DNA of 64,000 nt from the NCBI GenBank assembly GCA_963737655.1, contig CAVTTN010000002.1, forward strand, positions 5,312,001-5,376,000. Reading direction: 5' to 3'. Source of the stretch: an uncultured Planctomycetota bacterium (lineage in GTDB: Bacteria; Planctomycetota; Planctomycetia; Isosphaerales; Isosphaeraceae). Under the pieces are notes generated by a model, which worked only from the letters and a program-made list of their open reading frames with translations, had not been told where the DNA came from and did not search any database. Shown here piece after piece: positions 9,938-20,700 of this stretch (its first letter is position 1; each line of letters opens with the position of its first letter). The translations under genes and the position numbers were made by a program.

Positions 9938-11187
9938 GCGCGGAGGGACGGCGGGCGGTGGTCGTCGGCGGAGGGATCATCGGCCTGGCCTCCGCGCATT
10001 ACCTGGTGCGAGACGGCTGGTCGGTCACGATCGTGGAGAAGGGCCGGATCGGCCGGGGGACGTCGGCCGGGAACTGCGGCCTGGTCTGCCCGAGCCACAT
10101 CCTGCCGCTGGCCGAGCCGGGGGCCGTGGGCAAGACGCTCCGCGCCCTGTTCCGCAAGGATTCGCCGTTCTCGATCAGGCCGAGGATCGACCCGAGCCTC
10201 TGGTCCTGGCTCCTCCGCTTCGCCCTCCGCTGCAACGACCGCGACATGAAGGAGGCCGGGCACGGCATCCAGCCGTTGCTCGAATCGTCCCTGGACCTCT
10301 ACGGCCACCTGATCGAGCGCGAGGGGCTGGAATGCGAGTGGGAGCGTCGGGGCCTCCTGTTCGCCTATCGATCGAAGGAGGCGCTCGACGCCTACGACGC
10401 CACCGATCGGCTCCTCGCCGAGTCGTTCCATTGCCCGGCCCACAAGCTCGATGAAGCGGCCCTCCTCGGCCTCGAACCGGCGCTGAAACCCGGCCTGGCC
10501 GGCGGCTGGTATTATGACGACGATGCGCATTTGCGCCCCGATAAACTCATCGGTTCCTGGCGGAAGAGCCTGGAATCCGCGGGCGTGACGATCCGCGAAG
10601 GCTGCGCGTTCGCCTCGTTCCGTCCCGAGGGCGGGAGGGCCGGGGCGGTCGTCACCGATTCGGGCGAGATCCCGGCCGAGGCGTTCGTCGTGGCCACCGG
10701 GGCGCTCACGCCGATGCTCCACGGGCCTCTCGGGGTCCGCGTGCCGATCCAGCCGGGCAAGGGGTACAGCCTGACCATGCCCCGGCCGGCCATCTGCCCG
10801 CGAATCCCGATGATCTTCCCCGAGACCCGCGTGGCCGTCACGCCCTTTCAGAGCGGCTACCGGCTCGGCTCGACGATGGAGTTCGCCGGCTATGACGACT
10901 CGATCCGCCCCGAACGGCTGCGACTGCTGAAGATCGGCGCCGAGCCGTTCCTCCGCGAGCCGTATTGCGATCCGGTCGAGGACGAGTGGTTCGGCTGGAG
11001 GCCCATGACCTATGATAGCCTCCCGATCATCGACCGCAGCCCGTCGTTGTCGAACGTCCTGATCGTCGCGGGCCACAGCATGCTCGGGCTGTCGATGGCG
11101 CCGGCCTCGGGGAAGCTCGCGGCCGAGATGATCGGCGGGCGGGCGACCCACCTCGACCCGTCCCCCTACCGCCTCTCGCGGTTCTGA
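9934..11187 (+). CDS. FAD-dependent D-amino acid dehydrogenase, probable D-hydroxyproline dehydrogenase
   Basis: GGGIIG Rossmann motif, TSAGNCG, PGKGYS, GWRPMT and [12 protein letters not shown] overlap with the epimerase. Confidence 0.85.
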   Translation: MSAEGRRAVVVGGGIIGLASAHYLVRDGWSVTIVEKGRIGRGTSAGNCGLVCPSHILPLAEPGAVGKTLRALFRKDSPFSIRPRIDPSLWSWLLRFALRCNDRDMKEAGHGIQPLLESSLDLYGHLIEREGLECEWERRGLLFAYRSKEALDAYDATDRLLAESFHCPAHKLDEAALLGLEPALKPGLAGGWYYDDDAHLRPDKLIGSWRKSLESAGVTIREGCAFASFRPEGGRAGAVVTDSGEIPAEAFVVATGALTPMLHGPLGVRVPIQPGKGYSLTMPRPAICPRIPMIFPETRVAVTPFQSGYRLGSTMEFAGYDDSIRPERLRLLKIGAEPFLREPYCDPVEDEWFGWRPMTYDSLPIIDRSPSLSNVLIVAGHSMLGLSMAPASGKLAAEMIGGRATHLDPSPYRLSRF

Positions 11188-11302
11188 TCGACCGGGCGCG
11201 TGCCCGGAGCCCGGTTCTCTCCCCGGCCTCGCCTGGATATGATCGGGAGGACGATCCCCCAGCCCCGGAGCCCGGCGGGCCGAACCCGACGGGCCGAGCG
11301 CG

Positions 11303-11647
11303 ATGGCCACCAAGCCCACCCGCGAGCAGCAGAAGGCCGCCGACCTGCTGGCCGAGGCGCTGGCCCTGATCGCCTCGGCGGTCCGCCTGGATGGGCACAG
11401 CCCGGCCCGGCCGGGCTGGAAGGGCGTCGTCGATGCGGTGGCGAGGGCCTCGTCGGCGATCCCGGCCGACGAGGTCGTCATCCGGGCCGTCGGCCGGCGG
11501 GTCCGCGACCTCGGGTTGCCGGCCGACACGGTCGAGCTGCTCACGCTGATGGACGCCGGGATGCCGCCGTCCCAAGTCCTCTTGCTCGACGACGACGCCT
11601 TTCGCGACCTGGCCGCGAGGATGGAAGAGGAACTCGGAGGGCCCTGA
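11303..11647 (+). CDS. Hypothetical protein
   Basis: 114 aa ORF with plausible codon usage; stop lies just before the next gene. Confidence 0.6.
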   Translation: MATKPTREQQKAADLLAEALALIASAVRLDGHSPARPGWKGVVDAVARASSAIPADEVVIRAVGRRVRDLGLPADTVELLTLMDAGMPPSQVLLLDDDAFRDLAARMEEELGGP

Positions 11648-11649
11648 CG

Positions 11650-12318
11650 ATGATGATCCGCCTCTCGACGCGAGGCCTCGCCCCGATCGCGGCCCTCGGG
11701 CTGCTGCTCCTCCCCGCGATCGCCCCGGCGGCCGACCCGATCGCGCTGTTCGACGGCAAGAGCCTCGACGGCTGGACCACGACCGGGACGCCCGAAACCG
11801 GCACGATCCGCGTCGAAAACGGCGCGATCCTGATCCCCGTCGGCCGGCCGATGACCGGGATCACCACCACGCGCAAGGACCTGCCGACGACGAACTATGA
11901 ACTCTCGTACGAGGCCCAACGGCTCGACGGGTCGGACTTCTTCGCCGCCGCCACCTTCCCCGTCGGCAAGTCGTTCATCACGTTCGTCAACGGCGGCTGG
12001 GGGGGCAGCGTGACCGGCCTCTCCAGCCTGAACGGCGCCGATGCTTCGGAGAACGACAGCAGCACGTATTTTGTTTACAAGAACAAGACCGTGTACAAGT
12101 TCCGAATCCGGGTCACGGACAAGACCATTCAATGCGCGATCGACGGCAAGGCGGTGGTGAACGTGAATCACGCGGACCGCCAGGTTTCGACGCGGATCGA
12201 GACCCGCGTGAATCAGCCCCTGGGGTTCTCCGCGTACAACTCGACCGGATCGATCCGCAAGGTCGAGGTCCGCAAGCTCTCGGCCGAGGAGATCGCCGCC
12301 ACGGACAAGGAGGGGTAG
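11650..12318 (+). CDS. DUF1080 (3-keto-disaccharide hydrolase-like) secreted protein
   Basis: Signal peptide, then LFDGKSLDGW, NYELSYEAQRLDGSDFF and GGWGGSVTGLSSLNG. Confidence 0.85.
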   Translation: MMIRLSTRGLAPIAALGLLLLPAIAPAADPIALFDGKSLDGWTTTGTPETGTIRVENGAILIPVGRPMTGITTTRKDLPTTNYELSYEAQRLDGSDFFAAATFPVGKSFITFVNGGWGGSVTGLSSLNGADASENDSSTYFVYKNKTVYKFRIRVTDKTIQCAIDGKAVVNVNHADRQVSTRIETRVNQPLGFSAYNSTGSIRKVEVRKLSAEEIAATDKEG

Positions 12319-12331
12319 GGGCGAGGTTCGC

Positions 12332-13531
12332 TCACATGTTCGCCTTGAGCGGGGCGGGCGCGTTGAGCCGCTCGACCTTCGGCGGCCCGCCCGGGAGGTT
12401 CTCGTTGAGGAAGTAGACCTGGCCGTCGGACCCGACGGTCAAGGGCCCGTCGGCGCTATCGCCCGGGCTCCCGCCCTGGGCCGCGGGCAGGTGGATGAGC
12501 GAGATCTGGCCGGTGCCGGTGTGGACCCTTCCCAGGACGTTCTGGGGCTGGGCGCCGGCCTGGTTGATGTCCCGGAACGAGACGTAGACGCTGTGGTCCT
12601 TGCCGATCCCCGAGACGATCTGCGCCGGATCGGCCGACTTGCCGGTCGCGGACGTCACGCCCGTCACCGGGAAGGAGTGGAAGACGCCGTAGGGCGTGAC
12701 CCGGACGATCTCGGGATAGGTCTTGTTGTCGCCGGCCCCCTCGGCGATCCAGATATTGCCGTCGGGACCGGCCGTCAGGCTCGTGGCGTGGAAATAAAAC
12801 GTGGCCGGGCCGCCCTTCTGCTTGGCGGTGAGCGTCCGGGCGACGGGGATGGCGAAGACCTGGACCGGCCCGGTCGGCGCCACCCGGTCGATCTCGCCGG
12901 GGTTGCCGGCCTGGGCGATCCAGAGGTCATCCAGGGCGTCCACGGCCAGGCCCGTGACCTGCTCGATCGACCGACCGACCGGGACGATCGTCATCTGTCC
13001 ATTCGCGTCAATCCGGCCGATCTCCGAGGTCGGCGCCTGGGCGTCGGTCTCGGCCGCGAAGAAGACCTCGCCGTTGTGCCCGGAGGCGAGTTTCTCGACC
13101 GTCAGCGCGTTGGGGACGGGGATCTCGGTGACCGCGCCCGACGGCGAGACCTTCCCCAGGATCGCCGATCCCGGCGCCGTCCCGCCCCGATCGCCGGCGA
13201 ACCACATGTTGCCGTCGGGACCGGCCGTCAGGTCGTTCACGTGGGCGACGTCGGCCGGCAAGGACACGGAATCGAACTGGCCCGACGTCGAGACCCGCCC
13301 GAGCGACGGCGCCGTGCCCGAGCCGCCGACCTCCGAGAACCAGACCTTCCCGTCCGGCCCGTTGGCCATCGGGCCAATCGCCGCCGCCGGCGCCCCCGGG
13401 AACTGCGTGAGGCTGAACGACGACAGGACGGCCCGCCCCTCCAGCAGTTCCGGGGGAGACGGCTTCCGGGCCACGTCCGGACGGACGGTCGAGGCGTTCC
13501 GAGACTCCGATCGGCGACGGAAACCCATCAT
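12332..13531 (-). CDS. Vgb-lyase-like beta-propeller protein with planctomycete extracellular N-terminal motif
   Basis: Repeated xGPDGNxW blades; Arg-rich N-terminus ending ELLEGRAVLS. Confidence 0.75.
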   Translation of the reverse strand: MMGFRRRSESRNASTVRPDVARKPSPPELLEGRAVLSSFSLTQFPGAPAAAIGPMANGPDGKVWFSEVGGSGTAPSLGRVSTSGQFDSVSLPADVAHVNDLTAGPDGNMWFAGDRGGTAPGSAILGKVSPSGAVTEIPVPNALTVEKLASGHNGEVFFAAETDAQAPTSEIGRIDANGQMTIVPVGRSIEQVTGLAVDALDDLWIAQAGNPGEIDRVAPTGPVQVFAIPVARTLTAKQKGGPATFYFHATSLTAGPDGNIWIAEGAGDNKTYPEIVRVTPYGVFHSFPVTGVTSATGKSADPAQIVSGIGKDHSVYVSFRDINQAGAQPQNVLGRVHTGTGQISLIHLPAAQGGSPGDSADGPLTVGSDGQVYFLNENLPGGPPKVERLNAPAPLKANM

Positions 13532-13686
13532 GGCGAGCCTCTTGCTCCTGGCCCCGGACCGACAATCCGGAAAAATCCGTAGTCTCTCTCCAGAACATCG
13601 GCCGCCCTCCGGGCCGACTTGAGGGGTTATGCGGATTGCGAAGAATTTTCCGGAAATGCTCGGGAGACGGGAAAACGGGGCAGTTC

Positions 13687-13713
13687 GTAGGGTCCGCTCT
13701 TGCGGACCTCTTC
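13687..13713 (+). repeat. Single GTAG-type REP (family B)
   Basis: GTAGGGTCCGCTCTTGCGGACCTCTTC, which matches the paired copies at 55822-55905. Confidence 0.75.
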
Positions 13714-13757
13714 CATTCCCCCTTGTATTGCCCCGTTCCCCCCGCCTCCCTAAGCGA

Positions 13758-15053
13758 TCAGGCCAGCCCGAATGCGCGGTCGAGTTCGGCGATCACGGCG
13801 TCGTTCATGGGGGAGATGGCGGCGCGATCGAGGGCCACGGCGTTGATCATCGCTTCGGCCGTCGATTCGAGCACTTCGAGCCGGTCGAAGGCGTCGAGAA
13901 TGCTCGTCCCGCAGACCTGCACGCCGTCGTTTTCGAGGATCAGGATCGGGTGACGCGTCGAAGTTCGCGACGCGAGGACCTGGGCATTCGAACCCTCCGC
14001 GAACGGGATCCGGCCGACCTCGCGAAGAAAGATGTAGCTCTCGGGGATCGTCCTCGTGTCGAGAGGGACATCGACGACGCCGAAGGCCGAGGCGTTCACC
14101 GGATAGGCCGTGACGACGGCCCGGATCGCCGGGTGAGCGGCGAAGATGGCCCGGTGCGACGCCGCCGCGAGGCTCGGCGTCTTGCCGGGCTCGGGCGAGC
14201 CGGCGGTCACCAGCACGAGGTCCTCGACGCCGAGCGCGCTGCGATCGACCCGGTGAGGGGTCACGAGGAACGAATCGGCGTCGAGCCGGGCCGAGAACGC
14301 CCCCTGAGTGCTGATCACCAGCCTCTGGCGATAGGCCCGGTGGACGAACTCGCAGAGGTCCCGGCGAAGCTCTTTTTCCCGGCTCGAGATCGGCCCGGTC
14401 CTCGGCTTCGGCGAGGCGACCGAGGGCGCCCGGGTCCGCCCGGCCTCGTCGGCGGAAAGGGAGCGGACGGGCCCCAGCAGGCTCGCCTTGATGACCGTCT
14501 TCGCGCAGAATTCCAGGGTCTCGAACCGCTCGAACGCCTCCTGAAGGCTCGTCCCGGCGGTGACCACGCCATGATTCTCCAGGACCACGCAGCCGAACCC
14601 GTCGGCGAACGTTCTTGCGATGTTCGAGCCGAGCGCCTCGCTGCCGGGCAGGGCATAGGGGGCGAACCCGACCTCTCCGCAGACGCGCCAGGCCGTCGGC
14701 AACAGCCTCGTGTCGGGCACCCTCCGGCAGATGCTGAAGGCGACCAGGGCGACGGGGTGGGCGTGGACGATCCCGCGGAGGTCGGGGCGGGCCTCGTAGA
14801 TCGCCCGGTGGAACGGGAACTCGCTGGACGGGACGTGCGGCCCCTCGACCGTCCCATCGGGTCTCACGCACATGATGTCGTCTCGACGAAGGTTCCCCTT
14901 GTCCACCCTGGCCGGGGTGATCCAGATGGAGCCGTCGTCGTCCCGGATCGAGAGGTTGCCGCCGGACGTGGTCGTCATCCGGTAGCGATAGATCCGCTCC
15001 ATCGTCCTCATGAGTTCGTCGCGGCCGTGGAGGAAGGCGCTGGGGCGGTCCAT
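13758..15053 (-). CDS. Class II aldolase/adducin family protein with two tandem domains
   Basis: Domain 1: GGNLS, PSSEFPFH, VHAHP, LENHG. Domain 2: QGAFS, PSLAAASH, VTAYP, LENDG. Confidence 0.85.
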   Translation of the reverse strand: MDRPSAFLHGRDELMRTMERIYRYRMTTTSGGNLSIRDDDGSIWITPARVDKGNLRRDDIMCVRPDGTVEGPHVPSSEFPFHRAIYEARPDLRGIVHAHPVALVAFSICRRVPDTRLLPTAWRVCGEVGFAPYALPGSEALGSNIARTFADGFGCVVLENHGVVTAGTSLQEAFERFETLEFCAKTVIKASLLGPVRSLSADEAGRTRAPSVASPKPRTGPISSREKELRRDLCEFVHRAYRQRLVISTQGAFSARLDADSFLVTPHRVDRSALGVEDLVLVTAGSPEPGKTPSLAAASHRAIFAAHPAIRAVVTAYPVNASAFGVVDVPLDTRTIPESYIFLREVGRIPFAEGSNAQVLASRTSTRHPILILENDGVQVCGTSILDAFDRLEVLESTAEAMINAVALDRAAISPMNDAVIAELDRAFGLA

Positions 15054-15124
15054 GATGGTGTCCCTCGGTGGTCCCCGGATTACACGCGACGGGCCGCCGC
15101 GGATCAATCGGAGAGGAGCCGGCG

Positions 15125-15856
15125 ATGAGCGATTTGAAGGGCCGAGCGGCGGTGGTCACCGGGGCGAGCCGCGGCATCGGCCGGGCGATCGCCGAGGCAT
15201 TGGCCCGCGAGGGATGCGACGTGGGCATCGGCTATCGGGCTCGCGAGGACGAGGCGCGAACGGTCGTCGAGGCGATCGAATCGCTCGGGAGGAAGGCCGT
15301 GGCGCTGCGGGCGGACGTGTCGTCGGCCGAGGACGTCGAGCGGCTCGCCCGAGAGGCCGCGTCGGCCCTGGGCCCGATCGAGGTCCTCGTGAACAACGCG
15401 GGCGTGGCCCATCCGATCGCGATCGACGCCCTGACGATCGAGGACTTCGACGCCGAGGTCGCCGCCAATCTCCGCTCGGCGTTCCTGGTCACCCAGGAGT
15501 TCCTGCCCGCGATGAGGGAGGCGCGATTCGGGCGCCTGCTGTTCGTCTCGTCGGTGGCGGCGCAGGTGGGCGGGGTGGTCGGCCCCCACTACGCGGCGTC
15601 GAAGGCGGGGCTCCACGGCCTGGCCCACGCGTATGCGGCCATCCTGGCGAAGGACGGGATCACCGCGAACGTCCTGGCCCCGGCCCTGATCGACACCGAG
15701 ATGGTCCGCAACAACCCCAGGGCCCGGCCCGATCTGATCCCCGTCGGCCGGTTCGGGGCCGTCGAGGAAGCGGCCGAGCTGGCCGTGGCGATCCTTCGGA
15801 ACGCGTACATGACCGGCCAGACCGTGAACATCAACGGGGGTTGGTACATGAGTTGA
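15125..15856 (+). CDS. SDR family oxidoreductase
   Basis: TGASRGIG, NNAG and YAASK. Confidence 0.92.
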   Translation: MSDLKGRAAVVTGASRGIGRAIAEALAREGCDVGIGYRAREDEARTVVEAIESLGRKAVALRADVSSAEDVERLAREAASALGPIEVLVNNAGVAHPIAIDALTIEDFDAEVAANLRSAFLVTQEFLPAMREARFGRLLFVSSVAAQVGGVVGPHYAASKAGLHGLAHAYAAILAKDGITANVLAPALIDTEMVRNNPRARPDLIPVGRFGAVEEAAELAVAILRNAYMTGQTVNINGGWYMS

Positions 15857-15886
15857 GGCGGGCCGGGGCCGGCCCGCCCGACCGGA

Positions 15887-17449
15887 TCATGTGTTCACGA
15901 GGCGCGATTCCCCCTTGACCATCCGCCGGGTCATGATGGCGAAGTGGGTGTGCATGATGCACTTCCAGGCGAACTGGAAGAGGAGCCGAGGGGGGCGCCG
16001 GGCGGCGATCAGCTTGCGGAGCGACCGGGCGTAGGTCTTGCGGAACGGGCGGGTGCGGGGGTCGGTCCAGACCTTGGCGATCATGAAGAGGGCGGCGAAG
16101 ATCGTCAGGGTCTGCATCTTCAGGTAGCTCAGCGGGCGGTTCCGCCTCAGCCATTTCATCTTGGCGTCGCCGATGGCCAGGCGGCCCTCGGTGAACAGGG
16201 CGTCGAACCGGGCGAAGTAGTTGTCGGCGTCGTAGAGGCGGTCCATGAGGTCCACCCAGCCGTCCCTCATGGCCTCGCGGGTCATGTTCAGGGGGATCAC
16301 GTTGGTGGCGATCCTCGGGTCGTCGGCGGCGGCGTTGTCCAGGCGCCCCTCGGCTTCCAGGCGGTCGTACAGGGGCGTCTTGGGGATGGCCGAGAGCATG
16401 CCGGCCATCGCGCCGACGATCCGGGCCTTCTCCAGGAACTCGAACTGGCGGTCGAAGACGGTCTCGTCGTCGGCGTCGAACCCGACGATCATCCCGGCGT
16501 AGACCTCCAGGCCGGCGTCCTGGACCTTCTTCACGCGCTCGAGGATGCCCCCGCGAACATTCTGGTACTTCTTGGTCTCGCGGAGGGCCGCCTCGTCGGG
16601 GCTCTCGATCCCGATGAACACGGCGACCAGGCCCGCCTCGGCCATCAGGGTCAACAGCTCGTCATCCTCGGCCAGGTCGAGCGACGCCTCGGTGAAGAAG
16701 GCGACGGGATAGCCGTTCTGGTGCTGCCAGGCGATGATGGCGCGGAGGATCTCCTTGGCGGCCTTCTTGTTGCCGATGAAATTGTCGTCGACGAGGAAGA
16801 TCATCCGGGCGCCGAGCTTCCTCTGGGCGTCGATCTCGGCGATCACCTGGGCGGCCGTCTTGATCCGGGGCTTCCGGCCGAAGATGACGATGATGTCGCA
16901 GAACTCGCACTGGAACGGGCAGCCTCGCGAGGTCTGGACGCAGCCCATCGCGTATTCCCGGTAGCGGACGAGGTCGTACCGGGGGATCGGCACCTTGGTC
17001 ATGTCGGTCTTGTCGGCCTGTTCATAGCGATACTGGTGGAGGCCCTGCTTCCACTCCTCGAGGAACCTCGGCCAGGTCTCCTCGGCCTCGCCGATGAAGA
17101 TGACGTCCACGAGGCCGTCGTACCAGTTCTCGGCGACGGTGATCCAGGGGCCGCCGACGATGGTGAAGATGTCCCGGGCGTGGAGCTCCATCAGGATCTC
17201 GCGCATCCGGTCGCGCTGGACGGTCATCCCGGTCAGGCCGACGATGTCGAAGGACTTGAGGGCCTCGTAATCGATGTCCTCGATGTTCTCGTCGATCAGG
17301 ACGACCTCATGCTCGGGCGGCGTCAGGCCGGCGAGGACCGGCAGGGCCAGGACGGGCATGTTGGCCTTCTTGCCCAGCAGGGGCAGGCCGTGGTCCAGGC
17401 CCCAGAAGGATGTGGGGAATCGGGGGTTGATCAGGCAGATCCGGGCCAT
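15887..17449 (-). CDS. B12-binding radical SAM protein (DUF4070 type)
   Basis: RGCPFQCEFC (CxxxCxxC), N-terminal cobalamin-binding domain, DDNFIG and FIGIES. Confidence 0.88.
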   Translation of the reverse strand: MARICLINPRFPTSFWGLDHGLPLLGKKANMPVLALPVLAGLTPPEHEVVLIDENIEDIDYEALKSFDIVGLTGMTVQRDRMREILMELHARDIFTIVGGPWITVAENWYDGLVDVIFIGEAEETWPRFLEEWKQGLHQYRYEQADKTDMTKVPIPRYDLVRYREYAMGCVQTSRGCPFQCEFCDIIVIFGRKPRIKTAAQVIAEIDAQRKLGARMIFLVDDNFIGNKKAAKEILRAIIAWQHQNGYPVAFFTEASLDLAEDDELLTLMAEAGLVAVFIGIESPDEAALRETKKYQNVRGGILERVKKVQDAGLEVYAGMIVGFDADDETVFDRQFEFLEKARIVGAMAGMLSAIPKTPLYDRLEAEGRLDNAAADDPRIATNVIPLNMTREAMRDGWVDLMDRLYDADNYFARFDALFTEGRLAIGDAKMKWLRRNRPLSYLKMQTLTIFAALFMIAKVWTDPRTRPFRKTYARSLRKLIAARRPPRLLFQFAWKCIMHTHFAIMTRRMVKGESRLVNT

Positions 17450-17654
17450 GGCGTCATCCCTCTCCTTGGGGGCCTCAGCGACCGATCGCGGATGGTCCGG
17501 GGGCGGGCCGGGCGTCGTCGGGGCAAGAAGACCCTTCTACCCCGAGAAGGGCCTTCAGGAGAAGAGGGAAGCACTCGTGGAACGTGAAGTCCGCGCCGGA
17601 ATCCGAAGAATCGGCGAGATTTCCTCGCCCAGAACCCCGGGACGACCGGGACGA

Positions 17655-17786
17655 TGGACCGAGTAGTGGGCAGTGGACCGAGCAGTGGGCAGTGGGCAGT
17701 GGGCAGTGGGCAGTGGGCAGGAGTCTTCGAGCTTCGCCCATCGTATTGTCTTCAAACTGCCCACTGCCCACTGCCCACTGCCCACT
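17655..17786. repeat. Inverted heptamer cassette: CAGTGGACCGAG, (CAGTGGG)x5, ~35 bp spacer, (CCCACTG)x3
   Basis: Same architecture as 7815-7962 but with a different spacer. Confidence 0.95.
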
Positions 17787-17794
17787 TTCTTGAA

Positions 17795-20700
17795 CTAGTG
17801 ATGCCCGTCCCCGGTCGGCTCGGGCTTGGCGTGGCCGTTGCCGTTGGCGAGCGGGTCGGTCCGGCGGCCGTCGTCGGCGACCCCGGGGGTCATCCGGCGG
17901 TCGGAGAACCACTGGATCACGTAATAGAACACCGGGGTGAGGAAGATCCCGAAGAACGTCACGCCGAGCATCCCGCTGAAGACGGCCGTGCCGAGCGTTC
18001 GCCTCATCTCGGCCCCGGCGCCGACGGAGAGCACCAGGGGGACGACGCCGAGGATGAACGCGAACGACGTCATCATGATCGGCCGGAGCCGGAGGGTGAC
18101 GGCCTCGAGGGTGGCCTCCCGGGTGGGGACGCCCGCCTCTCGCCTCGCCTTGGCGAACTCGACGATCAGGATCGCGTTCTTGCACGCCAGGCCCACGAGC
18201 ACGACGAACCCGACCTGGGTGAAGATGTTGATGTCCATCTTCGCCGACTGGACGCCCGCGATCGAGCACAGCAGGCACATCGGCACCACCAGGATCACCG
18301 CCAGGGGCAGCGACCAGCTCTCGTATTGCGCCGCCAGGACGAGGAACACGAGGACGACGGCCAGGATGAACACGTACATGGCCGTGCTGCCGGTCTGGAG
18401 CTGCAACAGGGCCAGCTCGGTCCACTCGGGCCTCATCGACGCGGGCAGCTCCCGGGCGACGACCGCATCCATCTGGCTGATGGCCTGGCCGGAGCTGGTC
18501 CCGACGGCCGGCTCGCCGTTGATCGCGGCGGCCGGGTACATGTTGTACCGCATCACGAGGACCGGCCCGGGCACGTCCTCGACGCTCGCCATCGTCCCCA
18601 GGGGGGACATCCCGCCCCTCTCGTTGCGGATCTTGAGCTGCTTGAGGTCCTCGATCTGCTTGCGGAAGTTCGCCCCCCCCTGGAGGTTCACCTGCCAGGT
18701 CCGGCCGAAGCGGTTGAAGTCGTTGACATACAGCGACCCGAGGTAGACCTGCAAGGTGTTGAAGACCTCGCCCATCGAGACGCCCATCGTCTTGACCTTG
18801 TCGCGATCGATGTTGAGGAAGAGCCAGGGCGTGTTGGCGCGGAAGCTGGTGAAGAGGTCGCGGAGGCCCGGGGTGCGCTCGGCCTGGGCGACGACGGCCT
18901 CGGCGTGCTTCTCCAGCTCGGCCAGGCCGAGGTCGCCGCGGTCCTCGATCACGATCTTGAACCCGCCGGCCGTCCCCAGGCCCTCGACCGGAGGCGCGCC
19001 GAAGACGTTCACCAGCCCGTCGGTGACCTGCTCCTGCAGGGTCGCCTTGAGCCGGGCCGAGATCGCGTCGCCGGAGAGCTCGGGCTTGTCCCGGTGGTGG
19101 AACTCGTCCAGCATCACGTACATCGAGCCATAATTCGGCGCGTTCGCGTTCAGGAGCAGCGACTGGCCGGAGATGGCGACGGTGTGGGCCACGCCGGGGA
19201 TCTCGCCGGCGATCGCCTGGGCCTTGGCCATGACCCTCTGCGTGTGCTCGACCGAGGTGGCGTCGGGCAGGCGGACGTTGACCAGGAGATACCCCTTGTC
19301 CTGGCTCGGGATGAATCCGGCCGGGGTCTTCTGGAAGCCGTAATACGTCAGGTACAGCAATCCTCCGTAGCCGACGAGGATCAGCAGGCTGACCCTCAGC
19401 AGCCATCCCACCATCCGGGCGTAGACGCCCGTCGCCTTCTGGAACAGGTAGTTGAACAGGCGGAAGAACCCCGAGATCAGCCGGTCCAGGAGCGGCCCGA
19501 CGACCCAACCGGCCACGCCCCCGGCCATCATCGCGAGCATCGCCGACGGCTCCGGGGCCCAGTCGGGATAGCGGGGCGGCCGGGCCACGTGGGGCGCGAG
19601 GAACGCCGAGAGGAACGCATAGCCGAGCCAGCCTCCCAGGAGCGCATAGGCCGGGCGGGGCAGGGCGTTGCTCGCCCCCGCGCTCCGGGGCCGGAGCAGC
19701 AGGGCGGCCAGCGCGGGGAGAGCGTCAGGCTGTTGAACGCCGAGATGAACGTCGAGATCGCGATCGTCAGCGCGAATTGCTTGAAGAACTGGCCGACGAT
19801 CCCGCTGATGAACATGCAAGGGACGAACACGGCCCCCAGGACCAGGGCGATCGCGATGACCGGGCCCGACACGTCCTCCATCGCCTTGACGGTCGCGTCC
19901 CTGGGGCTCATCCCGTGCTCGATGTGGTGCTCCACCGCCTCGACCACCACGATCGCGTCGTCCACCACGATCCCGATCGCCAGGACCAGGCCGAACAGCG
20001 TCAGGTTGTTCAGGGAGAACCCGAACGCCGCCATCGCCGAGAACGTGCCGATCACGGCCACCGGCACCGCGATCAGCGGGATGACCGCCGACCGCCAGTT
20101 CTGCAGGAAGAGCAGGACCACCACGGCCACGAGGATCACGGCGTCCCGCAAGGTCTTGAAGACCTCCCGCACCGATTCGGTGATGAACGGCGTGGTGTCG
20201 TAGACGATCGCGTACTCCAGGCCGGGCTGGAAGTGGGACCGGAGCTCCTCCATCTTCTCGCGGACGAGCCGGGCGGTATCCAGGGCGTTGGAGCCCGGCC
20301 TCTGGTAGATCGACAGGGCGACGGACGGGCGGCCGTCGAGCGTGCAGGTCTGGTCATAGGCTTGCGCGCCCATCTCGACGTCGGCCACGTCCTTCAGGCG
20401 GACGATCCGGCCCTCGGGGTCGGTCTTGAGGATCATCTCCTCGAACTGCTCGGGGTCGGTCAGCCGGCCGAGCGTGCTCATGGTGTACTGGAAGACCTGG
20501 CCCTGGGGGACCGGCGGCTGGCCGATCTGCCCGGCGGCGACCTGGATGTTCTGCTGCTCGATCGCCGTGGAGACGTCGGTCGCCGTGAGCCCCCGGTAGG
20601 ACATCCGGCCCGGGTCGAGCCAGATCCTCATGCTGAAGTCGCGCTGGCCGAGGTAGGTGATGTCGCCCACGCCCTGGATCCTCGCCAGCTCGTCGCGGAT

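Noticed and set aside
12332..13531. Streptogramin resistance gene vgb
   Set aside because: Only the propeller repeat is shared; nothing supports lyase activity.
15887..17449. Hopanoid methylase hpnP
   Set aside because: Same broad family, but no hpn genes nearby and not assignable by eye.
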